Assembly: GCA_963759925.1 (NCBI GenBank)
Contig: CAVXBE010000007.1
Coordinates: 62,872-126,871, forward strand
Reading direction: 5' to 3'
Origin: an uncultured Alphaproteobacteria bacterium
GTDB lineage: Bacteria > Pseudomonadota > Alphaproteobacteria > Rhizobiales > Beijerinckiaceae
Length of the DNA stretch: 64,000 bases
The notes beneath the pieces are model-generated. The model was not told the DNA's origin. It saw only the letters and a list, made by a program, of their open reading frames with translations, and made no database searches. A program made the translations under genes and the position numbers. Positions 40,738 to 52,547 of this stretch are shown one piece after another. Positions within the stretch are counted from its first letter, which is position 1. Every line of letters starts with the position of its first letter.

Positions 40738-40854
40738 CGATGGAACCGTAATCTGCGGCGGTACGGTGGGTTGTTCGGTTGGTCGCCAACGCGTAGGCAA
40801 AGGCGCAGTCGCGCCGGGCGCACCAGACGCGAAGCCATAGACAGGGATGAGACA

Positions 40855-41604
40855 ATGACCCCTACCGAGACCTTGCGCGACGCGCTGATCGCCTGCCGCC
40901 GCGGCCATTCGCTGATCGAGATGACGACGCAGCCGGTTCCGGCCGGGCTGCAGGAGGGTCTCGCGATCCAGGCCGAAATCGCCCGCGCCATGGGCTATAG
41001 CGAAGCCGGCTGGAAGGTGGCGATTGCCGAAGACGGCACGCCGCTGGCTGGCCTGATGCCTGGCCCCTATCTCGCGCCGGGCGCTGTTTATGATGGCGCT
41101 ATTGGCGCTGAGCTGCGGGTCGAGATCGAGCTTGGCCTGCGCCTGGCCAAGGACGTGCCGATGCGTCCCGACCGCCCCTATGACCGGGCGGAGCTTTTGC
41201 AGCATTGCGAGGGCGCTTTCCTCGGCATCGAGATCGTCGAAAGCCGCTTCTCCAACTGGGTCGGCGCGCCCATGCCGCTGTGGCTGACCGATGCCATGGG
41301 CCATGGTGGCTACTTCATCGGCCCCGATCTCGATCTCAAGGTCCTCGACGATCTCTCAGGCCTGGGCTGCTTCATCTCGCTGAACGGCGTGACGCTCTAT
41401 GACCAGCCGGCTGTGCATGGCAATGGCGACCCGATGGTGCCGTTCCTGGCCTGGGCCAACCGCAAGGTGGAGTTCATGGGCGGGCTGAAAAAGGGCCAGG
41501 TCGTCACCACCGGCAGCCTCTGCGGCGGCGTTCTGGCGCCCGGAAAAGGCAAGGTCGTCACGAAGTTGTCACCCCTCGCCACAGTAGAGCTGACCCTGGG
41601 TTAA
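40855..41604 (+). CDS. FAH-superfamily hydratase (2-keto-4-pentenoate hydratase-like)
   Basis: GWKVA, VEIELG, GIEIVESRF, GQVVTTGS. Confidence 0.8.
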   Translation: MTPTETLRDALIACRRGHSLIEMTTQPVPAGLQEGLAIQAEIARAMGYSEAGWKVAIAEDGTPLAGLMPGPYLAPGAVYDGAIGAELRVEIELGLRLAKDVPMRPDRPYDRAELLQHCEGAFLGIEIVESRFSNWVGAPMPLWLTDAMGHGGYFIGPDLDLKVLDDLSGLGCFISLNGVTLYDQPAVHGNGDPMVPFLAWANRKVEFMGGLKKGQVVTTGSLCGGVLAPGKGKVVTKLSPLATVELTLG

Positions 41605-41720
41605 ACAGTTTTGGGGTTCAGCCTGCAGACCCGACAGTGTATGCATGAATATCGCCGGGGCTGCGGAACATCGTCCGCGCCTTGAGCGTTTGGTTCTGGT
41701 TGTGCGTTTGCGGAGGTCGG

Positions 41721-43730
41721 ATGCGGGTGTGGCGGAGCGTGACCCGCAGCGCGGCGAGGCAAGGGGCGGCTGTGCTTCTCGCCATCTCGGCTGCGCAGCC
41801 CGCGGCAGCGCAGGGTTTTGACCTCTCCTCGCTGGACGTGTTCGGCTTGTTCACCTCGCAGGAGAAGCCGCCTGCGCCGAGCGCGGCCGCCTTGCCATAC
41901 CAGCTCACCTTCGACCTCGGCGGCGCTGCCGATGCCAAATCCCTGACCAAGAATCTGCAGGATGCCTCGCTGCTCTACCGGCTGCGCCAGGATCCGCCGC
42001 CCGATGGCGAGACGCTGTCGCGTCGCATCGCGGCCGATATCAACCCGCTGATCGATGCGCTCTGGTCGCAAGGCTATTTCAACGCCGAGCTGGCGATTGC
42101 CATCGATGGCGTCGCGCTGAAGCCGGGCGAGGAGCCGGGTGCGGCGCTGGTGCGCCGGGCGGAGGCCTATCGGAACCAGACCGCGGTGCCGATCACGGTC
42201 CGGGTCGCGCCAGGACCGGTTTTCGCGCTGCGCAGTGTCTCCGTCCAGGAGCAGGGGGTCGGCGCGCCAGCCATTGCCGATCCGCAGAAGGTCTCGCGCC
42301 TGAATCCCGGTGACCCCGCCGTCTCGGCCTCCTTGCGTGCGGGGCGAGCGGCTCTCGTCGATTACCTGCGCAATCAGTCGCGCCCGCTGGCCAAGGTCGT
42401 AGACCTGCGTCCTGTCGTCGACCACGCCACCCGGACCATGGACGTCACCTATGTCGTGGAGCCGGGGCCGATCGCCGGGTTTGGTGCGGTGAATGTCGGC
42501 GACACCGGCGACATTCCGCCCGCCGTGGTGCGCTCCTTCATCTATCTGCAGCCGGGCGATCCCTATTCGCCGAAGGCAATCACCGACACCCGCAAATCGA
42601 TTTCGACCGTGCCAGCTGTCGGCGGTGTGCGAATTCGCGAGGCGACGGAGCTCGATGCCGCCGGCAATCTGCCGATCTTCGTGGAAGTCACGGAGCGGCC
42701 CAAGCGCCTGCTCGGCTTCTCCGCCCGCTATTCGACCATCGACGGGCCGCAGGTGAAAACCTATTGGGAGCATCGCAACCTGTTCGGCGGGGCCGAGCGG
42801 CTGCGGCTGGAGGGGGACGTGTTCTTCACCCCTCGCATCGACGGCACCAAGATCAGGAAGGTCGGGGATTTCGAGGAGACCGATCTCGGTGGCCGTTTCA
42901 CCGTCAGCTTTTTGAAGCCGGCGCTCGGCGGCAGTCGCTATGACTGGCTGCTGGACGCGACCGGCACCCGCGAGCGCGTCGGCACCACCCGCTATGGCGG
43001 CTATACCGCCCGCTACGCCAACGTCACCAACGCGATCCGCCAACGCTTCAGCGACACCTTCTCGATCCAGGCCGGGATCGAGTATGAGCGCGGGCAAAGC
43101 AGCGATGTGCTGGGGCAGGTCGATTACACGCTGGTCGGGATCCCGCTCTCCGTGCGCTATGATTCCACCGACAGCCTGCTCGACCCGACCCGGGGCATCC
43201 GCGCGACCGCCTCGGTCACGCCCTATCCGACCTTCCTCGGCTCCTCGGTCGGGATCGTTCAGGCCAAGGGGCAGGCCTCGGCCTATTACGCCCTGGATGA
43301 GGATGCGCGCTATGTGCTGGCCGGGCGTATCGGGCTCGGCTCGATTTCAGGCGCCAGCCTCGACGAAATCCCGGCGACGCGGCGCTTCTATGCCGGCGGC
43401 GGCGGCTCGGTGCGCGGCTACGCCTATCGCACACTCTCGCCGCTCGGACCGCTGAACCAGCTCACCGGCGGCCGCAGCCTGTTTGAAGCGTCGGTCGAAG
43501 CCCGCATCAAGATCACCAACACCATCGGCGTCGTGCCGTTCTTCGATGCCGGCATGGCCTTCAACTCCGCCGTGCCGAACTTCAAGGAGCAGATGCAATA
43601 CGCTGCCGGCGTGGGCCTGCGCTATTACACTGCGATCGGGCCGATCAGGCTCGATGTCGCGGCGCCGCTCAACCCGCGCAAGGGCGACAAGCCGGTCGCA
43701 CTCTATATCAGCATCGGGCAGGCCTTCTGA
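41721..43730 (+). CDS. tamA: Translocation and assembly module TamA
   Basis: POTRA-like region, RFYAGGGGSVRGY, GPIRLDVA, C-terminal IGQAF. Confidence 0.9.
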   Translation: MRVWRSVTRSAARQGAAVLLAISAAQPAAAQGFDLSSLDVFGLFTSQEKPPAPSAAALPYQLTFDLGGAADAKSLTKNLQDASLLYRLRQDPPPDGETLSRRIAADINPLIDALWSQGYFNAELAIAIDGVALKPGEEPGAALVRRAEAYRNQTAVPITVRVAPGPVFALRSVSVQEQGVGAPAIADPQKVSRLNPGDPAVSASLRAGRAALVDYLRNQSRPLAKVVDLRPVVDHATRTMDVTYVVEPGPIAGFGAVNVGDTGDIPPAVVRSFIYLQPGDPYSPKAITDTRKSISTVPAVGGVRIREATELDAAGNLPIFVEVTERPKRLLGFSARYSTIDGPQVKTYWEHRNLFGGAERLRLEGDVFFTPRIDGTKIRKVGDFEETDLGGRFTVSFLKPALGGSRYDWLLDATGTRERVGTTRYGGYTARYANVTNAIRQRFSDTFSIQAGIEYERGQSSDVLGQVDYTLVGIPLSVRYDSTDSLLDPTRGIRATASVTPYPTFLGSSVGIVQAKGQASAYYALDEDARYVLAGRIGLGSISGASLDEIPATRRFYAGGGGSVRGYAYRTLSPLGPLNQLTGGRSLFEASVEARIKITNTIGVVPFFDAGMAFNSAVPNFKEQMQYAAGVGLRYYTAIGPIRLDVAAPLNPRKGDKPVALYISIGQAF

Positions 43731-46700
43731 TGGCAGCGCGCTTCAGCCTAGCGCGACTGGCGCTGTTTGGCCTGCTGCTGCTGGCGAGCCTCATCGGCTC
43801 CTCGGCCTTTGTCGGGCTGGCGCAGAATGCCGAGACCGATCGCGGCGTCGTCGCCAATCTGATCTCGCGGGCCCTCTCCAGCGACAGCAGCCAGGTCTCG
43901 ATTGGTGCAGTCGAGGGCGCGCTGTCCTCCGATGTCACCATCCGCGATATCGTTCTCTCCGACCGGGACGGGGCCTGGCTGCGGCTTGACCGTGCCCGGC
44001 TGGTCTGGACACGCACGGCGCTGCTGCGTCGCCGGCTCGAGGTCAACCGGCTCGAAATCGGACGGCTGGAAATCCTGCGTCGCCCGGCGCCGCGACCGGC
44101 GACCGTCGCAGCCGGCGATCAGCCGATCCTGCCGGAATTGCCGCTGAAGGTGATCATCGAGGCCTTCCAGCTCAGCGAACTCGTGCTCGGGCAGCCCGTG
44201 CTGGGCGATCCCGCCCGCCTGACCGCCAATGGCGCTGCCACGCTCGGCCCGCCGGCCGAGGGGCTGGATCTGCGCCTGGAGGCGCGTCGGCTCGACCGGG
44301 CCGGACAGGCGACCATCCGTCTGGTGTTCGTGCCCCAAACCAGCGAACTGCAAATCGCGGCCAAGGTCGACGAGCCCGCTGGTGGTCTGATCGCCAAGCT
44401 TGCCTCGCTGCCCGGCGACCCGCCGGTCCAGCTCGATCTGAACGGCTCGGGCCCGCTCGATTCCTTCCGCTCCAACCTCACCTTCACCGCCGGCCCGACC
44501 ATCGGCGCCCAGGGCACGGCGACGCTGACGCGGGTCGGGGCAGGGCGCGATCTCGCTCTGGCGTTGGACGCGCGTATCGAGGGGCTGATGCCGCCGCCCA
44601 TCGCGCCGGTCTTCGCCGGCTCGACCAGGCTGGAGGGCGCGGTGGGTTTTGCCGATGACGGAGCCATCGGCATTCGGCAACTGGCGCTGGTCTCGGCACT
44701 GGCAAGGCTCGATGTCAGCGGTCGTTATACGGCGGACCAGATGCTGGACCTCAGGGTCACCGCTGCCGCATTGCCCAATACTGCGGGCAAGACGGTCGCC
44801 TCCGGCACTGAGATCGGCAAGCTGGCTTTCGATGCGACGATTCAGGGACCGGTCGCCGGGCCGAAGGTCGTTGCGGCGCTCGATCTCGAGGATGGCCGGC
44901 TGCCGCTCGGCGCCCTGAACAAGCTCACAGCGCGCTTCACCGCGACGCCCAGCGGCAAGATCGGCGATGCGGGAACGCAGGTCGCTCTTGTGGCGGATGG
45001 CGAGGCGACCGGGGTGGCCTTGACCGACCGCAGCCTCGCCCGGCTGGTTGGCGAGCGGGTGGTGTTCACCCTGCGCGGCACCGCCCATGACGATGCCACC
45101 GCTGATTTCGAGACGCTGCGCCTCGCCATGTCGGGCGTCGAACTCGATTATCGCGGCAAGCTTGGCCAGGCCCGCATCGACGGGCAGTTGAAGGCGCTGC
45201 TGCCCGAACTCGCCCGGCTCAGCGGCCTGGCCGGGCGGCCGCTCGGCGGCACGGCGGAAGTGACAGCGAAGATCGACGCGACGCCGCGCAGCAACACCTA
45301 TTCCGCCACGCTGGACGGCCGCGCCGACAGGCTATCCACGGGAGAGCCGACGGTCGATCGGCTGCTGGCCGGAGCGCTGACACTGTCGGGACAGATCGGC
45401 GCTGCAGCCGGCGATGTCACAGTGAGCGGCTTTCGCGTCGCCGGGCGCCATGCCAGCTTCACGGCCGATGGCGCTGTGCGGGTCGAGCGTTCGGATCTGC
45501 GACTGCAACTTGCGCTGCCGGATCTGAAGCGCGCCGATCCACGGCTGTCCGGGCGGGGCGACCTCACCGCGACGATCACAGGACCGCAGGACCGGCTGAA
45601 CGCGCAGGCGCAGCTCACCATTGCCAACGCCACGGCGCTGGGGCGGCCGATTCCCCGGCTTTCCGTTGCCGCCGATATCCGCGACCTGCAAGGCGCGTTG
45701 CAGACCGATGCGACGCTCGATGGCGAGATCGAGGGCAAGCCGGCCAAGGGCCGCGTCCAGCTGGCGAGGCTCCCCGGCGATGGCTGGAACCTCTCGACGC
45801 TGGACCTCACCATCGGCTCCGTGCGGCTGAACGGCGCCGTGACTTTGGATGCAGCCGGGCTGGCGGCTGGCTCTTTGAAGCTGGCGGCGCGCAATCTCGA
45901 CGATCTGTCGCCACTGGCCTTGACCAAGCTCGGCGGCCAGCTCGACGCAGAGATCACCCTTGCCACGCCAGAGGGGCGGCAGGATGCCAATGTGATCGCG
46001 ACAGGCGCCCGGCTCTCGGGCCCGTCGGTCAGGCTCGACAAGCTCGACGCGCGGCTGGCCGCGACGGATCTCTACCGCCGCCCGGTGATCGACGGCACGC
46101 TGACGGTCGACCGCGCAGTCATCGCGGGAGAACCGGTCAGCGCCATCAGCTTCGCCTCGAAGGGAACGCCGAGCGCCAGCGATTTCACGCTCAGCGCCGC
46201 TGCGCGCGGTTTTGCCCTGAACGGGGCAGGGCGGCTTGTGCCCGCAGAACCGGTGCGGCTGGAGCTGACAAGCTTTGAGGCAAGGCGCGACGCCCGTCGC
46301 ATCGCGCTGGCTGGACCCGCGACGATCGCCTTCCCGGCTCAGGGTGTCTCGATCTCCGGCCTCGCGCTGGCCATCGATCGCGGCCGGGTGACGCTCGATG
46401 GCGTGATCGGCGACAAGCTCGACCTGCGCTTCGCCGCGCGCGACGTGCCGCTCTCGGCTGCGCGAATTGTGGCGCCGACGCTGGATCTGGCCGGTACGAT
46501 GAATGCGCAGGCGACGATTGGCGGCACAGTCGCAGCCCCAACCGGTGACTGGACCCTGCGCGTTGCCGGGCTTGTCTCCCGCGAGACCCGCAGCGCCGGG
46601 CTGCCGCCGATTGCGATTGCCGGCGATGGCCGTCTCTCCGGCGACCGGACGACCGTGGACCTGTCCCTCAACGCCGGCAGTCGCGCCAATCTGACCGTGC

Positions 46701-48048
46701 GCGGGACGGCGCCGCTTCAGGCGAGCGGGGCGCTCGATCTCGCGGTTCAGGGCCAAACTCGACGCCGCGATTGCCAACACCATGATCGCTGCACGGGGCC
46801 AGCGCCTCACCGGCAGCGTCGCCATCGACATGCGCGCTGGCGGTGATATTGCGGCGCCCCGTCTCAGCGGTGGTGCCACGCTCTCCAATGGCAGCTTCAT
46901 CGACGCCTTGCAGGGCATCAGGCTGACCAATATCGAGGCGCGGCTGGCGGCGAACGGCGATAACCTGACCATCGAGCGCGCCTCGGCCCGTACACCCAAT
47001 GGCGGCACGCTATCGGCCAGCGGTCAGGTCCGCGTCGATCCCGCCGCAGGCTTCCCCGGCCAGCTCCGCATCAATGGGACACGCGCACAGCTCGTCGCCA
47101 ACGGCATCGTCACCGCCGTGGCCGATCTCGCCTTGCAGCTATCGGGCCCGCTGGCGCAGAACCCGACGATTGGCGGGCGCGTCGATGTGATCTCGCTCGA
47201 TGTCGCCGTGCCGGACCGGCTACCCGGCTCGCTCGAGCCGGTGCAGGGCATTCGTCATGTCCGCCCGACCAAGACCGCCGCCGCAAGACTGGCCGACAAG
47301 GGCAAGGCGCAGAAGGCTGGCACGGCGCGCAATCGTGCCGCCGCCGCCCTTCAACGCCACGCTTGCCCTGACAGTGTCGGCACCGAACCGCGTCTTCATT
47401 CGCGGCCGGGGCATCGATGCCGAACTCGGCGGCCAGCTTCGTGTCGCCGGAACTCTGGCCAACCCTGCTGTCGACGGAGCCTTTGAGCTGAGGCGCGGGC
47501 GCTTGTCGGTCGCGACCCAGCGGCTGGATTTCACCCGCGGCCGCATCACCTTTACCGGCGGCGTGATTCCCGAGCTGGATTTCGTGGCCCAGACCCGCGC
47601 TGGCGATGTCACCGCGCAGATCCTGGTGACCGGCCAGGCCAACCAGCCGAGCTTCGCCTTCACCTCCCAGCCGGACCTGCCGCAGGACGAGGTGCTGTCG
47701 CGAATCCTGTTCTCGCGCGCGTCGGGTTCGCTCTCGCCGTTCCAGGCGCTGCAACTGGCGCAGGCGGCTGCGCAATTCTCCGGTGCCGGTGGCGATGATT
47801 CCTTCGAGCGGCTGCGGCGTTCGCTCGGTGTCGACAATCTCGACATCCAGTTCGGCGAGGGCGGGCCGACCATCGGCGTCTCCCGCTATATCGGCAACAA
47901 CGTCACGCTCGGCGTGAAGGCCGGGGCTCGTCCTGAGGATAGCGGTGTCTCGATCGGCATCGATCTGACGCGCCGACTCAAGCTGCAGGCCGAGACCGGC
48001 GTCGATGGCAGCGCCGCGGTCGGTCTTGGGGCCGAGTGGGAGTACTGA
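43730..48048 (+). CDS. tamB: Translocation and assembly module TamB, frameshifts near 46756 and 47340
   Basis: N-terminal anchor, long beta-rich body, DUF490-type FIRGRGIDAELGG...LPQDEVLSRILF...EWEY. Confidence 0.88.
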
Positions 48049-48450
48049 GTTCGAGCGCATCGCTGCCGGCTCAGGGATTCGCTCATCTCTTCCGCTTTTT
48101 CAGAACACGATTTTAAGTTCTACAACCGGTTTTCGGCCTGAACCGCGCCTTGTTGGTAAACGCCTCGTAAATTTCCGGGTTCAAAGCGTGGCGTCACTGC
48201 AACAGTGGGGTCCAAAGAACCCCCTGAGGCCCCTCAGTGACATGATCGCGGTTGATCGGCAGTCCGGCATTCGTATGGTGAACCTGCGTCGGGACTTTCC
48301 CGGTCGCTGTTTTTCGTCTTCGCCTCTGAATGGTTCAGGGACGTGGGCGAAAGGCCGGGAAAAGGTAAGCCCGACGGACGGTCTCCTGGGATCGCCGTTG
48401 ACAAGCAAGCCGAAGCCCGAGGGTCTCGAAACTCATTTTGGAGGTTACCA

Positions 48451-49801
48451 ATGAAGCTCGTAAAGAGCCTCCTCCTCGGTTCCGCCGCCGGCTTCGCCGC
48501 GGTCGCCGGGGCACAGGCCGCTGATCTTCCCTCGCGGAAGGCCGCTCCTGCCGCTGTCGAATACGTTCGCGTTTGCTCCACCTACGGTGCAGGCTTCTTC
48601 TACATCCCGGGCACCCAGACCTGCCTTCGCGTCGGTGGTCGTCTCCGCGCTGAGTACCTGGTCCAGGAGACCTTCAACGGCGTCGGTCTCGACACCGCTG
48701 ACAACTATGGCTTCCGCGCTCGTGGCCGTCTGAACATCGACGCCCGCACCGCCACCGCCTACGGCACCCTCCGCACCTTCGTCCGCTTCGAGATGACCGT
48801 CTCGAACGGCTCGTACGGCCAGGGCGTCAACTCGACCGGCCCGCAGTTCGTTGCCGCTCGCGGCGGCGCTGGTGGCACCGTGTCGAACCTCGACAAGGGC
48901 TTCATCCAGTTCGGTCCCGTCACCGCTGGTCGCGCTCAGTCGTTCTTCGACTTCTACGCCGACACCCACAACTACGGCCCGATCCGTGGTTCGGACATGA
49001 CCGCCAACCTGTTGGCCTACACCGCCACCTTCGGTTCGGGCTTCTCGGCGACGATCTCGCTGGAAGACCAGGCTGAGCGTTCGGTCTCCAACGCCACCAT
49101 CGGCAACTACGCCGCTGGCGGTCAGACCTATCCGGACCTCGTCGGTTCGTTGAACCTGACGCAGGGCTGGGGCTCGGCTCAGCTGTCGGGCGCTGATCTT
49201 CGAGCGTAAGGCTCTGCTCAACAACTTCGTTGCTGGCGGCGCTTCCGACAAGACCGGCTACGCCATCCAGGGCGGCGTCAAGATCAACCTGCCCATGCTC
49301 GCCGCTGGCGACGAGCTCTGGCTGCAGGCCGCTTACACCGAGGGTGGCATCTCCTACCTCGGCTACGGCGGAACCGGCACCGGTTCGACCTGGGGCCCCA
49401 ACAGCACCGTCGGTCGTCTGGCTTTCGCCAACAGCGACGCGAATGTTGACGCCAACGGCCGCACCAAGCTGACCAAGGGCTACGCCCTGACCGCCGTCCT
49501 GCTGCACTACTGGACCCCCACGATCCGTCAGGCCGTGTATGGTTCGTATTCCAAGCTCGACTACGGCACCCGCGTGAACATCGGTGGCGGCCTCTCCGGC
49601 TTCAACCAGGACCCGCAGGAGTTCCGCGTCGGTTCGAACCTGATCTGGTCGCCGGTTTCCGGTCTCGACATCGGCGTCGAGGTTCTCTACGCCAAGGTCG
49701 AAGTCAAGAACCGCATCCAGGCTGCTGGCCGTCCGGCTGGCTTCCTGATCAAGTCGGACGACGCTCTTCAGGGCCGTCTGCGCATCCAGCGCGACTTCTG
49801 A
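48451..49801 (+). CDS. Alphaproteobacterial porin (Omp2/RopA family), frameshift near 49195
   Basis: MKLVKSLLLGSAAG, ADLP, EYVRVC..YGAGFFYIPGTQTC, C-terminal RIQRDF; highly biased codons. Confidence 0.92.
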
Positions 49802-49823
49802 TCGGTTCTCCGATCCTAGTCGG

Positions 49824-49857
49824 AAAGCCCCGGGGAAACCCGGGGCTTTTTTCTTTT
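49824..49857 (+). terminator. Rho-independent terminator after porin
   Basis: AAAGCCCCGGG-gaaa-CCCGGGGCTTT plus T-tract. Confidence 0.9.
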
Positions 49858-49989
49858 GGCGCATTTGCGTTGATGACCTGTCGCGGATTTCCGTCATCCG
49901 CTTGACAGGGCAGGGACTTACGGACTGTCTTGACGTGCTGTGACGCATGCGCCGGGGGGCGCCGTTTCAGGCTGTGTCTGGGGGTTCGA

Positions 49990-52248
49990 ATGGCGCAAGC
50001 GACGCGTTGGCTCTGGGGTCTCGCGCCTTTGGCGTTGCTCTGGGCGACGGGCAATTTCGTTCTGGAAGACCGCATCGAGCAGCAGATCGCGCAGCGTGCC
50101 ATCGCCGCTGCCAATGCCGTTGCCGGCTCCGCTCCCGGCGCCAAGCCGATTTCCGCCCGCGTCGTCGGTCGCGATGTCATCATCAGTGGCGAGGCTTTGT
50201 CGGCCGATGGTGCATCCCGCGCCATGGCGCAACTGCGCTCGGAATTCGGGGTTCGTCGTGTGCTGGGTGGGCTGTCGCAGGTCGTGGCCCAGAAGCCTTA
50301 CAGCTGGTCCGCATCGCGCGAGGCGCAGAGTGTCTCGTTGAACGGTTTCGTTCCCGATGAAGCAACGGCGACGGCCAATGTCGCCGCTGCCAGCGCCGCC
50401 TTGCCGGGCGTCAGGGTCGATGACCGCCAGAGCCTGGCCTATGGTGCGCCTGACGGTTTTGCCGAGATGACCAAGGCGCTTATGGCCGAGCTGCCGCGCC
50501 TGCAATCCGGCAAGCTCGCTCTGGATGATGGACGGTTCTGCATCGAAGGGCAGGCGACAACCCCCGACGCCTTCCTCTCCCTAGAATCCGCCTCCGCCGC
50601 GATGGCCCAGCGCGGCTTCAAAACGGTCGATTGCACGCTGCGCCCGCCTGCCATCACACCGTACCGCCTGGTCATCGAGCACGATGTTGGCGGCTCCGTC
50701 TCCCTGAGCGGCTTCTATCCCGATATCTCCATCCGGGATCGCATCATCCAGCTCGCGCGCTCAGCCTTTCCGCAGGCCTCTGCATTCAAGGCTGAGCTGA
50801 AACCAGCGCTGGGCGAGCCTTCGGCCTTCCTTCTGAAAGCCAGCCGCGCCATCGCCGACCTCCAGCGACTTCGCAGCGGCAAAGCCGAACTGCTTGGTGA
50901 TACATATGTTCTGGCCGGGCCGGGACCGGAGGATTATGATGCCTGCCAGGCGCTGCGACTGCTGATCGCGCAGACGGATGGCCCCGATTCCGTGGCGCAA
51001 GCGACGATTTCCTGCCCGCCAGCCCCGCCGCCATTGCCGCCCCTGCCTGCCCTGCCGGAGATTCCGCCGCTGAACGTCACGGTGGTTCCTGCGCCATCCT
51101 TCGCGCCATCGCCCGCTGCAGAACCGACGGTGCCGCTGCGCTGGCGCGCCGAGAAAACCGAGACGGGCCTTCTGCTCTCGGGGCTGGCACCCGACGATGC
51201 CGCCAGTCGCGCCGTAGCGGAGGCAGCATCAGCCCTGTTGAAGACCACGCCGGAGAACAAGCTCGAGACCAAGGCCGCGCTGGCCACCGTCCCGGACTAT
51301 GCCGCAGCGACCCGCTATGCGCTCAGCCTGCTGGTCCCGATGCGGCAAGGGGCGGTGACCATCGATTCAGGTGAGATGACAGTCTCGGGCGAGGTGCCGG
51401 ACCTGCCGGCGTTGACCAAGCTGCAGGCCTTGCTGGACGGGGCGCGTCCCGAGGGTCTGGCGCTGAAGCTCGCGCCGGATTCGATCCGGGTGCGGCCTTA
51501 CCAATTGGAGATTTCCTCCGACAGATCCGGCCTGAACCTGCAGGGCTATCTGCCCGACGAGCCGGCCCGGACCGATCTGAAGGCGGTTGTCGGCACGACG
51601 CCGGAACGCAGCAAGCTCGACGACCAGACGGCCCTGGTGCCCTCGGCCCCGCCGGGATTTGCGGCGGCCTCCAGACTGGCGACCGAAAATCTGATGCGGC
51701 TCGATTCCGGCTCCGCCAGCGTCTCGGAAAAAGGCGTGTCCTTGCGGGGCCTCACCTGCCGCGAACTGATCAAGAGCGAGGTCGAAACCAGCGCCGCCAC
51801 GGCCCGCGCGGCCGGCGTTCCGGTCGATGCCACGGTCGGGCTGAGCCAGACCGGCTGCGACCGTGACCCGCCCAACACCTGCCAGAAGGATCTCGACGGT
51901 CTGACCCGCGAGAACAAGGTCCTGTTCGGGCAGGGCACCTCGGTGGTCACGCTCGATCCGGTGACGGCGAAGGTGATCGAAGCCGCGCACACCATCCTGA
52001 AACAGTGCCCGCAATCGCGTATCACCATCGAGGGTCATGCCAACCGGGATGGCGATGCGACTGGCTTCGACAATCTCGACCTGTCGCTGCGCCGGGCATT
52101 GAGGGTGCGTGACGAGTTGGTGAAGCGCGGGGTCGAGGCGGCCCAGCTCGCGGTGCAGGGCTATGGCTCGAAGCGCCCGCTCATTCCCTATGGCGAAGCC
52201 GATGCGCGGGCGATGAACCGCCGCGTCCAGTTCACCGTGGCAAAGTAG
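49990..52248 (+). CDS. OmpA-family peptidoglycan-binding protein with repeated BON-like domains
   Basis: N-terminal TM, GRDVIISG, repeated L.G..PD units, C-terminal IEGH...NLDLS.RRA..V...NRRVQF. Confidence 0.85.
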   Translation: MAQATRWLWGLAPLALLWATGNFVLEDRIEQQIAQRAIAAANAVAGSAPGAKPISARVVGRDVIISGEALSADGASRAMAQLRSEFGVRRVLGGLSQVVAQKPYSWSASREAQSVSLNGFVPDEATATANVAAASAALPGVRVDDRQSLAYGAPDGFAEMTKALMAELPRLQSGKLALDDGRFCIEGQATTPDAFLSLESASAAMAQRGFKTVDCTLRPPAITPYRLVIEHDVGGSVSLSGFYPDISIRDRIIQLARSAFPQASAFKAELKPALGEPSAFLLKASRAIADLQRLRSGKAELLGDTYVLAGPGPEDYDACQALRLLIAQTDGPDSVAQATISCPPAPPPLPPLPALPEIPPLNVTVVPAPSFAPSPAAEPTVPLRWRAEKTETGLLLSGLAPDDAASRAVAEAASALLKTTPENKLETKAALATVPDYAAATRYALSLLVPMRQGAVTIDSGEMTVSGEVPDLPALTKLQALLDGARPEGLALKLAPDSIRVRPYQLEISSDRSGLNLQGYLPDEPARTDLKAVVGTTPERSKLDDQTALVPSAPPGFAAASRLATENLMRLDSGSASVSEKGVSLRGLTCRELIKSEVETSAATARAAGVPVDATVGLSQTGCDRDPPNTCQKDLDGLTRENKVLFGQGTSVVTLDPVTAKVIEAAHTILKQCPQSRITIEGHANRDGDATGFDNLDLSLRRALRVRDELVKRGVEAAQLAVQGYGSKRPLIPYGEADARAMNRRVQFTVAK

Positions 52249-52257
52249 GAGACAGGC

Positions 52258-52542
52258 ATGCTGTACCTCGCGACGCAGTTCGTCTGGTTTCTGATTGCCG
52301 CCGGCGCGGTCGGTCTGGTGATGGGCTGGATCAGCCATGATGGCAGCAAGCTCAGCCTGGGCGGCCCGCTGGGCTTGTTGCTCGGGGGGCTCTTCGCCGT
52401 CGGCGGCGTAATGAGCTGGACGCAATCGCTCAACGGCGCAGCGGCGCTCTGGCTGGAGAGCGCATTGCTCTTCATCGCGGTCTATGTCGCGGCCTGCATC
52501 CTCGGCAGCCTGCTGCGCGGGCAAGGGGCCGCGCAGCGCTAA
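52258..52542 (+). CDS. Small membrane protein co-transcribed with OmpA-family gene
   Basis: GGAG RBS, three TM segments, WLESALL. Confidence 0.75.
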   Translation: MLYLATQFVWFLIAAGAVGLVMGWISHDGSKLSLGGPLGLLLGGLFAVGGVMSWTQSLNGAAALWLESALLFIAVYVAACILGSLLRGQGAAQR

Positions 52543-52547
52543 AAGCC

